Shown: piece after piece, positions 51,793-63,212 of the stretch
Position numbering within the stretch: position 1 is the first letter of the stretch
Layout of the letters: each line of letters opens with the position of its first letter
Assembly (NCBI RefSeq): GCF_006345805.1
Contig: NC_042999.1
Coordinates: forward strand, 63,736,001-63,800,000
Direction of reading: 5' to 3'
Length of the DNA stretch: 64,000 nt
DNA from: Octopus sinensis
Taxonomy: Eukaryota
Position numbers and translations under genes: made by a program
Notes under the pieces: model-generated
The model's database searches: none
What the model was told of the DNA's origin: nothing
The model's input: only the letters and a program-made list of their open reading frames with translations

Positions 51793-52543
51793 TTAAGTAT
51801 TGGATTGTCTGGAAAGTTCATGCCGATTTTTAAAGGAAAGAGAAACGTCAATAAATACTTGCCATTACATTTTTAATCAACCAAATATGAACCATTTTGT
51901 TGCATAATGCGTCTCCATCTTTCCTTTAACTTGAAAATACCCTCTTCCCAGAATTGAGGTGGTTTCATGGCAAAGATTTCATCAAGGTATCTTTTTACGT
52001 CATTCAAGGAATTGAAATTTTTACCATTAAGACTATTCTGCAGAGACCTGAATAAGTGGAAATCCGAAGGAGCAATATCTGGTGAATATGGAGGGAGGGT
52101 AACACATCCCAGTTGAGCTGCAGCAATTTTTGTCTGGTTCCCAAAGCATCAAGTGCTGAAAATGAACTTTCTTATCATCCATTTTAAAGGGTTACAGAAT
52201 TAACACAGGTTATAGGAACATAAACGTTATTCCACGAAAAGATAGCTTAAACTGTGCTCTAAACGGAGGTGTAGTCAAATCCTATTTTATGGACTCAACC
52301 ATATTCTAAAATAAGTCGAAAGGTGAGCTACTATAAATCGGCATGAACTTTCCTGACAACCCAATAGATACATGTACATGGTCAGTGTTTTATGTAACCT
52401 GTTACAATTCATAGCATAAACATTACATATGCGCATGTTGAATTGTAAGCAATTAACTATCATAAATAACATTTACATGAATATTAACTTTCAACATTTT
52501 AATATGCTTGTTTTATTTTATTTTATTTATATTTATATTTTAG

Positions 52544-55500
52544 GATGATGAAAATTCATTCTGTAGCCTTCCAGATCAGAATGGCTGTGATGATGGTTCT
52601 GTTGACCACTTTGCAGAAATGTTGGAGACAGAATTTCTTAAAGGAGTTGATGCTGACAGTGAAACCAATAAAGTACAAGATGCTGTGATGCTACCAAATG
52701 ACAATTCTTGCCATCTTTTGCAATCTCCTCAGAATGAGGATCATTTACAGGTTAATCCTTATCAAATAAATGAAAATGGTATCAATACTACCACAATTGT
52801 CTGTGATAAAAATAGTGAAAGTGGTAATGATCATCTCAATGCTGAACAAGGTTGCATGAAACAAGATTTAGAAGATGGAAGTTCTAAACAGTTTGAAAGT
52901 GTTCCTGGCACAGCAATCCGTACAGACGTTATCCAGATAAATGACACAGAACTTTTACCACGTTCTGGTAATATAAATTCTGGAGATGTCTCTACACCTG
53001 ATTCTGTAACATATCACAATGTTGCCTATAATTACACTGATACAATGCCAAGTCATGGTGAAACATTGTTAAATGATAAAATCAATACAAATCCACCAGC
53101 ACCTAGAAAATGTTCAAATTTGTTTGATGAAAACTTAAAGAAATCTAAAGAAAACAAGGAGCAGGATATAATTAGTGAATCTTTGGTTGAATATCAGAAT
53201 GATAATGATAATAAATGTGATATCAAGTGTGGCTATAATTCTGATTGCAGCAAAGCAAATTCAAACAAAATTTTGGAAAACCATATAGCAAAAGATCTTA
53301 GTCAAACTGCTGATAATTCAAAGTTTGATTCTGTTACATTCCATGAAGATGCTTATAATAACACTGAAACTCTTTCAGTTTGTGGTGTAACATCTTTAGA
53401 AAATGAAATTGATGCAAATCTATCAGTTCAAAGGAAATGTTCAGATTCGTCTGAAGGTACCTTAAAGATATCTAAAGATAGGAAGAAGAGGAATATCCAT
53501 AAAGAATCTTTGGCTAAAAATCAGAATGACAATGATAGAAACAAATCTAATACCATGTGTGGTTATAACTCTGATTATAACAAAATGAATTCAAAAGAGG
53601 TTTTAGGAAACCATATTGAAGAAAATTCCAGTGAAACTGTTGATATTAAGATTGGATCACTGTCTGCTAAGATTCCTGCAATAACAAAAGATTTATCTGA
53701 AGCAGACTTGAGGTTAACTATTTCTGAAACATTTCAGCTAACTCAACCTCCACATCACCAAAATGACATCATTAATTATCATCATTCACAGAATAACTCC
53801 CAAACCTTAGATACTGAAAATTTTAAAGATGAAAACCTAGCAGTTAAAAATATTTTAGATGATAAAAGCCTTCTTCATGAATTTTCTTTGTCTAAAGATG
53901 ATAAATCTTCAAATCTTTCCTTGTTATTTAACAAATCAGACAGTAAATTAAACAATTCAGAAACTCACTTTAACAATTCAGAGATTAAAGTCAACAATTT
54001 AGAAACTAAAGTTAATAATTCAGAAACTGAATTTAACAATTCAGAAATTAAATTCAGTAATTCAGAAACTAGATTCAGCAATTCAGAAACTAAATTCAAC
54101 AATTCAGAAACTAAATTCATTGATTCAGAAACTCAATTTAACGATCCAAAAACAAAATTTAACAATCCAGAAACTATATTTAACAATCCAGAAACTAAAT
54201 TTAATGATTCAAAAACTACATTTAACAATCCAGAAACTAAATCTAACAATCCAGAAACTAAATTTAACAATCCAGAAACTAAATTTAACAATCCAGAAAC
54301 TATATTTAACAATCCAGAAACTAATTTTAACAATCCAGAAACTAAATTTCACAATCCAGAAACTAAATTTCACAATCCAGAAACTAAATTTCACAATTCA
54401 GAAACTAAATTTCACAATTCAGAAACTAAATTTCACAATTCAGAAACTAAATTTAACAATCCAGAAACTAAATTTAACAACCCAGAAACTAAATTTAATG
54501 ATTCAGAAATTAAATTTAACAATTCTAAGAAAACAAATATCATATCCACATCAGTCTCTCTTCCTAAAATATCTGAAATAGTTATTGCTAATAATGAAAT
54601 GGAAGATCTAAATGATAGAACTAGTTTGGTATCCAATGAACCAGCAGCATTGAAACTCCAAGAGAAAGTTTGTACTGAGATTAACAATGGAAATACTTCC
54701 AGTGAAGAATTTAATGATTTTAGTGATGATTCTTTAGATTTGGATTACAACACATCTAAGAAAGTGGGCTTTCAAAGAAATTCAGTAGAATATGTAGCTG
54801 ATGGTGAGATAAAGGAACGTCACCTGATTAAAATTGAACATTCATATGCATTAGAAACTATGAACGATGAAGATAGCTTGATATTTTCTGATTCACTCTC
54901 TGAGCAAGAAATAGATTCAAGTTTAGCTAAATGTTATACAACAAAACCTAAGCCTACTACCTTTATAAATGACTTGTTTGGTATTTGTAGTTCAGACTCT
55001 GAAAGTGAGAAGCAATTTTCAAATAGTGATATTCCTTTAAAATCTGTAAATAATAGTGATAGAATAGAAACCAGTACAAACTCTGATGACCCAAATCCCC
55101 AAATCTTCCCAGTGAAATTAAAAGAATTACAGTCTGAAGATATTCCTTTAAAATCTGTAAATAAAAGTGATAGAATAGAAACCAGTACAAACTCTGATGA
55201 CCCAAATTCCCAAACCTTTCCAGTGAAATTAAAGGAATTACAGTCTGAAGATATTTCTTTAAAATCTGTAAATAATAGTGATAGGATAGAAAGCAATAAA
55301 AATTCTGATGACCCAAATTCCCAAATCTTTCCAGTGAAATTAAAGGAATTACAGTCTGAAGAGAAGACAATGCCTGAAGATAAAAATCTGCTGATCCGAT
55401 GTGACTCTTTTAATACATCTCTAGATGTTGATGATAATAATGAAGATTCACAGCTGTCGAATTTCAGCATTAAGACAAATATGGAGCATAAAAAAGTTAC

Positions 55501-56265
55501 TGCAACTGGAACAGCTTGTGGAGACATCAAAGAAAATAGTAAACCTTCCCAGAAGGTTGAAGAAGCTCCATGTATCAGAACTAATGTTGTAAATAATAAA
55601 CCATCATCTCATATTAAATGTTCTGTAACCTTTCTCCAACATTCTACTTCATTATTGGATTCTATAAAATCTAAGAGCAAAGCAGTAGAGAATGGGAAAA
55701 ACAATTCTGTGAGTTCAAAACAATTAGGATTTGAACAGGTCGTTGATTTCTGTCACAATACTGAGAAATCCCAGTCAGAAAACATAGCACATGACACATC
55801 ATATCCAAAGATCTTTGCTCGAGAATCTAATGAAACTACTTCTAGTAATGATAGTCTGACATTAATTGAAGAGTTCATTTTAGTTGCTCCTCTGATAACT
55901 CCATTCCCAGATACTTTAGAATTTATCAAAAAACATTCTTCACACACAGATACGGTAAACAGTAAGTATGCTGTTGATCAAATCTCAACAAAGAGTTCTG
56001 TAGAGAACCCTTTGCCTCCACATCTGTCCATCAACTTTAGGAAAAGACCAACTGAAAATTCCATTCTACCAAATATCAGTAGTGGAAACAAAAACCATGT
56101 TAATAGTCAAGACAGCAAATACCCTGATGAACCGGTGCTAAAGAGCAGCAAGCAGACCCCTGTGAAAGTATTCAATCTTTCCCATAATTTATCATCTGAC
56201 CAAAATGTCCCCAGCAAAATCTCAGCTACATTTGCTCACAGAAGGAGATTATTAAATAAATCCAG
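52544..56265 (+). CDS. ICE1: Coding exon 12, giant 3722-nt S/N/D/E/K-rich, probably disordered segment with internal repeats
   Basis: Contains ORF 52619..56269 and extends 25 codons upstream to acceptor ttatattttag; donor CAG|GTAAGA at 56266; phase 0 to 2. Confidence 0.93.
53948..54535 (+). repeat. Coding minisatellite, 28 x 21 nt, heptad F-N/H-N-P/S-E-T-K
   Basis: Counted directly in the exon 12 translation, LNNSETH through FNNSKKT. Confidence 0.95.
55028..55360 (+). repeat. Coding tandem repeat, 3 x 111 nt (37 aa)
   Basis: DIPLKSVNNSDRIETSTNSDDPNPQIFPVKLKELQSE units start at 55028, 55139 and 55250. Confidence 0.95.
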
Positions 56266-57400
56266 GTAAGAAATAAAAATTTTGTTGTCTCTTCTTCTGT
56301 ATTGATGAAAGTTAGGATGTTGTTGTTGTTTTAGCCAAGCTTGATAAAAAAACAGGCCACTTAATGTATCTAGGACTGCATTATATAAGATCTTCTATTC
56401 TTTTGTTCTTTTTAAAGTGTTAGTCATTAGAGGGAGATTTGATATTCATTGGCTTGTTGAAAAAAAAATAACATCTATTGTTTGGTGATAGGAATAAAAT
56501 TGTTTAGAGTCTTAATGAGTTTTAATCATTAGCACACCAAACAAAATACTTAAAGGCATTTCTTCCAGCTTTACATTCTGAGGTTGGCTTTACCTTTTAT
56601 TCTTTCAGGGTTGATAAAATAGATGCCAGTTAAGCACTAAGGGTCGATGTGATCAGCTTCCATTTTCCCTCTAAATTGCTGGCCTTGAGTGAAAAACTAG
56701 AAAGAATTATTATTTTAATATCCTTATGAGTACAGAGTCATGACTAACATGCAAAATTTGTAGACAACATTATTTACACGAGATAGAATAATCACAGCCA
56801 GAAACACCAATTCAATGAGTAATCACTTTGATAGGGTTTCTGTGTATCGTAGGTCTTCTCATGCAGAAGTCTCTGGAGATACACCATAATGACAACAGCT
56901 CAGTTTATAGAATCTACTGAATATATATTTCATCATCATCATCATCATCATTATGACCATGAAGACAACGACTGTTACCTGTTTATCTCTAACAATGCTA
57001 GTGCATAAAAGCACCCACCACACTCTGTAAGGTGGTTGGCATTAGGAAGGGCATCCAGCTGCAGGAACCATGCCAAATTAGACTGGAGTCTGGTGCAGCT
57101 CCCCAGTTCAGGTCAAACCACCCAATAAATGCAGGCATGGATGTTAAATGATGGTGGTCGTGGAGGTGGTGGTGGTGGTGATGATGATGATGATATACTC
57201 TGTGTTCAATTTGTATGTGTATTGTGTGTCTGTGTGTGTCGACTTGTGTGTAAGTGATTGTGTAATGTTTTCTACGGGGTGGGCCAAAAGTCACGAAAAG
57301 GTATGAGATGTTAATAAATTTTTTAAATTATTTTTTTTATTTAGCTGTGATTTTTTTCTCACCTAGCTTACATCTATTGTGTGTATGATATTGCAGTATT

Positions 57401-57582
57401 CAGATGGCTGCACCAGACACCAATCTGATCTGGCAGAGTTTCTACAGCTGGATGCCCTTTCTAATGCCAACCACTCTGAGAGTGTAAAGCACCCACTACA
57501 CTCTCGGAGTAGTTGGTGTTAGGAAGAGCATCCAGCTGTAGAAACTCTGCCAGATCAGATTGGAGTCTGGTGCAGCCATCTG
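57401..57582. repeat. Inverted repeat of RTE-tail sequence, 86-bp arms and 10-nt loop
   Basis: 57401-57486 versus the reverse complement of 57497-57582: 7 differences in 86 nt. Confidence 0.92.
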
Positions 57583-58574
57583 GTTCGCCAGACATCAGTC
57601 AAATCGTCCAACCCATGCTAGCATGGAAATCGGACGTTAAACGATGATGATGATGATGTAAATTTAAAACAGAAAATAAAAAATTAAGAATGACTTTTGG
57701 CCCACCCTTTAGTAAGTGGATTGGTATTTTGAAAATAAAGTGTTTTACTTAATGAAACAATTATATGTTTGTAACAATGTAGGAATTAATGAATCATGGC
57801 ACCTGATTCACTTTGGTACTGTCTGTCTCATTATTTTATGAGGCCAGAGAGGTCAGAATATGCTGCAAACTCAATTGATTCCAGTTATGTATCATATATT
57901 ATCTCTCAGCTGCAGAATGTCATATCAAGATTATAAGTGGGACATTTGCCCTCAATTATAAACTGTTAAAGATAACAGTGACATGATTTGATTTTATTTT
58001 ACTTATCAAAGGCGTTTATTTTGTTTCTTATTTCTTTATTGCCCTCAAGGGGCTAAACATAGAGGGGACAAACAAGGACAGACAAAGGGATTAAGTAACT
58101 GGTACTTAATTTATCGACCCCGAAAGGATGAAAGGCAAAGTTGACCTCAGCGGAATTTGAACTCAGAACATAACGGCAGATGAAATACCTATTTCTTTAC
58201 TACCCACAAGGGGCTAAACACAGAGAGGACAAACAAGGACAGACAAACGGATTAAGTCGATTACATCGGCCCCAGTGCGTAACTGCTACTTAATTTATCG
58301 ACCCTGAAAGGATGAAAAGGCAAAGTCGACCTCGGCGGAATTTGAACTCAGAATGTAATGGCAGACGAAATACCACTAAGTATTTCGCCCGGTGTGCTAA
58401 CGTTTCTGCCAGCTCACCACCTTAAATTTTATTTTGTTTATTTTGTTTCTAAGCTTACTCAGGGTCTATCTCCCTTATTTCACCCTTCAACCAGATTAGC
58501 CCTTTTAAAACTGAACCACTACTATATGACAGTATTCAGAATTAATACAACACTTTGCAAATATCTTTTCTAAG

Positions 58575-58917
58575 TAAAACCACCCATAGAAGAGAATATG
58601 ACCATGTAGTTGTGGTAGGCTATACAAAGGCGAAACATGCCGCCCCCTTAAAGTAAGGGTAGAGGAACACTGTAAAGCTGTGACACGAGGGGAATGTTGG
58701 AAAATCAGGCATAGCCAATCATGTATGGGAAAACGGAGACCACCTCCCCCTGTGGGATGAAGTTAAAATAATCGACAGAGAACACCACTGGAAAATACGA
58801 AAATTAAAAGAGGCTACACATATGCTTGGATACAATAACCTCCTAAGTAGACCGAGTGCAGATATGAATGTAATATGGGAACCTGTAGTAAGGAAAGATA
58901 AAATACTTGGTTTATAA
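58575..58917 (+). mobile_element. Penelope-like element remnant, GIY-YIG endonuclease C-terminus
   Basis: CGRLYKGETCRPLKVRVEEH.KAV, then after a frameshift KSGIANHVWENGDHLPLWDEVKIIDREHHWKIRKLKEA...LLSRPS...IWEP. Confidence 0.75.
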
Positions 58918-59319
58918 GCCCTCAAATTCATTCTATAATTACCCATGGGCATATGGCATAGTGGATAAGAACATGGGCTACTAACCCTAGAACTAATAAA
59001 ATAACTGTTCAGGTGGTTCAATGATTGTAGTTGATAGTTTCTATTACTTAGGTGATATAATTATTTCCTAGATGTAATTTGCAATTATTACCTTGTGGAT
59101 GTAGTGAATACATAGTAGCTAGCATAAATAAGGTCTGAAATTGTTGTTTCTGTTATCTCTGCCTGTCTGTCTGTACCATTAGCAGACTATACATAATAAA
59201 GTAAGAAGATGGTCTGTGTCAGCGTTTAGTGTGTATACACAGTTCAAAATTGAAATGAAATGATTTGGTGTAAAGAAGTGGGGGAAAATCTAAGGTTCCT
59301 AACTTTCAAACAAAAGATT

Positions 59320-59766
59320 CATCATCATCATCATCATCATCATCATTTAATGCCCGTTGTCCATGCTGGCATGGGTTGGGCAATTTGACCAGGGCTGGCA
59401 AGCTGGATAGCTGCACCAGACTCCAGTCTGATTTGGATTGGTTTCTATGGCGGGATGCCCTTCCTAATGCCAACCACTCTGAGAGTGTAATGGGTGCTTT
59501 TATGTGCCACTGGCACAGGTGCCATATGTGTGACACTGGTATGTGCCACAACTGTGATTTTGCTCAGCTTGACAGGTCTTCTTCTCAAGAACGACATAAT
59601 GCCGAAGGTCTCGGTCACTAGTCATTGCCTCTGTGAGGTCCAAAGTTCGAAGATCACGCTTCACCACCTTGTTCCCTCTCTTCCTGGGTCTACCTCTACC
59701 ACAGGTTCCCTCCACAGTTCGGGATCGGCATTTCTTTACACACCTGTCCTCTTCCATATGCATCAC
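59320..59766 (-). mobile_element. 5'-truncated RTE LINE 3' end
   Basis: Peptide VEGTCGRGRPRKRGNKVVKRDL...MTSDRDL followed by the common tail and (GAT)n. Confidence 0.8.
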
Positions 59767-59907
59767 ATATATATATGCTTATATCCTGGGGGGGGGGACC
59801 ATGAGTGTTATTCCCTCAAATGATATCTAATTGAAAAAAATATTTCTTGTGTAAAATGTTTGATTCTGTCTTTTTTTTTCATTAAAATAATTATTTGTAT
59901 CTTTTAG

Positions 59908-60262
59908 ATCCTTAAATCGATCACATCATCTGCTTTTAAGCAAGAAGACTGGTCAGTTGAAAGAATTTAAAAAAGAGTCTCATATTACAGCCGTCCAGAC
60001 AACTGAGAAACTGACAAAAAAACAAGTTCAGTTTGAATCTATTTCTGATCTGAAGTTAAAGAAGGCTGAAGAAATTAAGAAGTGTTTTGTCAAAGCTGGA
60101 GAAGTTATTGGTGATAACTCTGTTACCACTTCAGAAAGTAAGCTTCCAGAAACTTCCAATGTAGATATAATATGCAAAAGTGTCGGTCAGAAAAAGCACA
60201 AAAGATTAAAAATTGATAAAACATCAGAAGATTCCACTGAAGAACAGCTCCATAAAAGACAG
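59908..60262 (+). CDS. ICE1: Coding exon 13, (R)SLNRSHHLLLSKKTGQLKEF...EEQLHKRQ
   Basis: Acceptor gtatcttttag, donor CAG|GTATGT; 355 nt, phase 2 to 0; overlaps ORF 59957..60424. Confidence 0.9.
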
Positions 60263-60320
60263 GTATGTTTTAGGTTTCTCTTCAATGGCACACATCTTTA
60301 TAGTTATTTTTGTAAATTTA

Positions 60321-60582
60321 CTGCACATATGCTTGGATACAATAACCTCCTAAGTAGACCGAGTGCAGATATGAATGTAATATGGGAACCTGTATTAAGA
60401 AAAGATAAAATACTTGGTTTATAAGCCCTCAAATTCATTCTATAATTACCCATGGGCATATGGCATAGTGGATAAGAGCATGGGCTACTAACCCTAGAAC
60501 TAATAAAATAACTGCTCAGGTTGTAGTTGATAGTTTCTATTATTTAGGTGATATAATTATTTCCTAGATGTAATTTGCAATT
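60321..60582 (+). repeat. Local direct duplicate of 58814-59086 (Penelope 3' end plus flank)
   Basis: Offset 1507 nt; a few substitutions and one indel of about 12 nt. Confidence 0.92.
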
Positions 60583-61983
60583 TTCTATACTAGTTTTTGA
60601 GGTGGGATGGTTCCTTGTAAATGTTGATACATAGGCATAAGTATGGCTATGGGTAAAGGTGTGTCATAGGAAGTTTGCTTCCCAACCACATGGTTCTAGA
60701 CTCAGTCTCACTGCATGGCACCTTGTGCAAGTATCTTCTACTATAATCCTGAGCCAACCGAAATCTTGTGGTTGGCCCTTCCTAACACCAACCATTTTAT
60801 AGTGTGTCCCAGGTGCTTTTTATGTGGAACCAGTACTAGTGAGATCACCAAGTAACATGCAAAACAAGACCTCTTAAGTGAGGTGGGAGCAGTATTGAGG
60901 GAGGTGCCAGGTGAGGAGAGGTTAGGCTATGATAGAGGGATGGAAACCGGTGTCTTGCAATAGAGGGGATATAGGGCTATTTCAGTTGGAAAAGGAGAGG
61001 TGAGAGAGAAGATGGTGAAGATGTGCTGGGGTACACCCTCAACTTACAGGGAGGGGTAATATAAGCGAAGTGGTACAGAGGATTGGATAGGGTTAATGGG
61101 TAGGAGAGTTTGTGGGAGTATGGAAGGGGGATGAGAGATGGTGATGAGGAGAGTGGAGTTAGAAAGATGAGTTGTGAGGGACAAATTGCCTGCTAGTACC
61201 CAACTTGTCTTTCCTTGCATCAAGTGCATTATAAGGAAAAATGAAGGTCAATAATTTTTGAATTTCACAAGTCTGTAGTGTTGCTGCTTTCATTGAGACA
61301 ATACACCCTGTCAGTACATTTGAAGATGACTACTGAAGGCGAAAGATCTGTAGCACTTCAGTATAAAGCTGGTTGCATGCATGTAACTTACAACAGATGT
61401 ATTACACTATCCTTCTGAATAACTTCAATGGATGAAAAACATGTTCTCTCTGGAGAAGATACCAGTTTTTTGCAGATTGTAGTGAGTTTTTCCCACATTA
61501 TAAACTGCATTGATTCTGCTGCACTGATTACAGCAGTAAAATATATCATCCTGGGTACCTACAATTTATAGAATTAGAAGCTAAATTAAGTAAGATTGTA
61601 ACAATTATAACAAGTTAGATGCACCAACCTCATCCATTACTCTCTTCCTACCAAGTGAGTTAGGAGGACTTTAAATGATTCATAAGCATTATTGTTGCTT
61701 AATGAACACCAGTAAATAAAAATAAGGGTGGAGGGATAATCTATAAGTTTTTATATTTAACATTGTGCTATTATTACTCTATTTTATATTGAATTTTCTA
61801 GACCAAAATTTACAACCAAAAATGGTAGGTTGATTTATACACCAAACAACATTAGAGGACCAAAAATACCCTGTGAAAAGCAACAGGTTTTGGAAAGACA
61901 GTGTTTGTTCACAATACATGTTTACATTGTATATTATGTTGTGTGTCATGTTACATTTCATAACAATTGTTTGTTTGTTGCAG

Positions 61984-62035
61984 TGTAAAGAAAACCGAGT
62001 GATAGCCGAGAAAACCAGATCAGCTTCTCATAAAG
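61984..62035 (+). CDS. ICE1: Coding exon 14, CKENRVIAEKTRSASHK(V)
   Basis: Acceptor tttgtttgttgcag, donor AAG|GTAAAT; 52 nt, phase 0 to 1. Confidence 0.82.
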
Positions 62036-62339
62036 GTAAATTTAAGAAACAAAAATCTTTATCAAGGCTACTTTTTTCTTTTATTTATCTTGTAAGTAAT
62101 TCAAAACTATGTGGAAGTATTTATGTGTATTTCACATAATGTAGTACCAGGTCTTATCAATTCAATACTAGACTTATAAAACACAAACAAACCACGCAAA
62201 GCTCATCAAGGTCTTTGCTTGATCAACTCAGAGAAAACAGTATTACGTGAAACTCATTTGATGTTTTGGTCTTGTTTCATATTTTAGAGCTTTATTAGAG
62301 TAACGATTCTTTGTCTGATATTTTGTACATGACTCGTTG

Positions 62340-62818
62340 ACAGAGCGGCTAACTGGCTTCCATGCCAGTGGCACATAAAAGGCACCATTCGAGTGTGATT
62401 GTTACCAGCATCGCCTTACTGGCACTTGTGCCCGTGCTAGTAGGGTGCCAGGAGCACCATCCGAGCATGATCGTTGCCAGAGCAGCCAACTGGCTTCCAT
62501 GCTGGTGGCACTTAAAAGGCCACCATTCGAGCGTGATTGTTATCAACATCACCTTACTGGTACCTGTGCTGATGGCATGTGTAAAAAGATTCGAGCAAGG
62601 TCATTGCCAGTATCGCCTGACTGGCCCCGTGCCGGTGGCACATAAAAAGCACCCACTACACTCTCGGAGTGGTTGGCGTTAGGAAGGGCATCCAGCTGTA
62701 GAAACTCTGCCAGATCAAGATTGGAACCTGATGCAGCCATCTGGTTTGCCAGCTCTCAGTCAAAATCGTCCAACCCATGCTAGCATGGAAAGCGGACTTT
62801 AAACGATGATGATGATGT
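62340..62818 (+). mobile_element. RTE-tail-derived repeat with internal tandem units and a (GAT)n tail; many copies (e.g. 14860-15260, 33050-33303, 34900-35358)
   Basis: Shared GGAGTGGTTGGCGTTAGGAAGGGCATCCAGCTGTAG...CATGCTAGCATGGAAAG.GGAC.TTAAACGATGATG; the same tail follows RT coding sequence at 59320-59766. Confidence 0.75.
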
Positions 62819-63084
62819 CTTCAAACATTGAGCAAATGGATAAATAGATGAAATGTGATTTTGAGTCATGTTATGTGTCATCTACTGAGATATGGAAAGT
62901 TGCTATAGAGCAACCCTATTTAATCCATAGCAATATGGAAATGTAGATGTTAAAATGAAGATCATCATGGCATTGTCTATGTCACCAGTCATGGTATCAA
63001 GGGTTTGAGAATAGAAAAGTAATGAGTTGTAATTTTTATTAAAGCTGTCACATGGTACCATTTATTTTTGTTTTCTTTCTGTAG

Positions 63085-63212
63085 TTGAACGAGAGTTGGT
63101 AAATTATTGGAAGTCTTTATCATCACCACCAAGTGGAACAATTGAGAAAATATTTAACTCCAGATTAGAACCAGCATTAATTATAAACAGTCTGGTGTTG
63201 CAGATTGTCAAG
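63085..63212 (+). CDS. ICE1: Coding exon 15, (V)ERELVNYWKSLSSPPSGTIEKIFNSRLEPALIINSLVLQIVK; gene continues beyond window
   Basis: Acceptor ttttctttctgtag, donor AAG|GTAAGT; 128 nt, phase 1 to 0; no stop codon reached. Confidence 0.88.

Larger units (their letters stand above)
1397..63212 (+). other. ICE1: Multi-exon gene, 15 coding exons in window and 3' end beyond it; likely ICE1 (little elongation complex subunit 1, KIAA0947-like)
   Basis: All 15 exons join in one open frame with matching intron phases (14 introns: 13 GT-AG, 1 AT-AC). The N-terminus LKSLKDKIISSDKIMKLLQTKTNESAFLKKKLQNL aligns without gaps to vertebrate ICE1 as I recall it (LITLKQKIINTDNLLTEYQKKCDELQFARRENSNL). LPIMLSPIPS resembles the recalled LPPPLLSPVPS. 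The coiled coil plus giant disordered exon layout also fits. Identity needs BLAST/HMM confirmation. Confidence 0.7.

Noticed and set aside
54120-54581. Overlapping 153-aa ORF (IQKLNLT)n resembling a leucine zipper, plus antisense ORFs
   Set aside because: Alternative-frame shadow of the 21-nt coding repeat; no independent start or splice context.
53948-55360. Regular repeats that might suggest a CRISPR array
   Set aside because: Contiguous tandem units without unique spacers, inside a eukaryotic exon; no cas genes.
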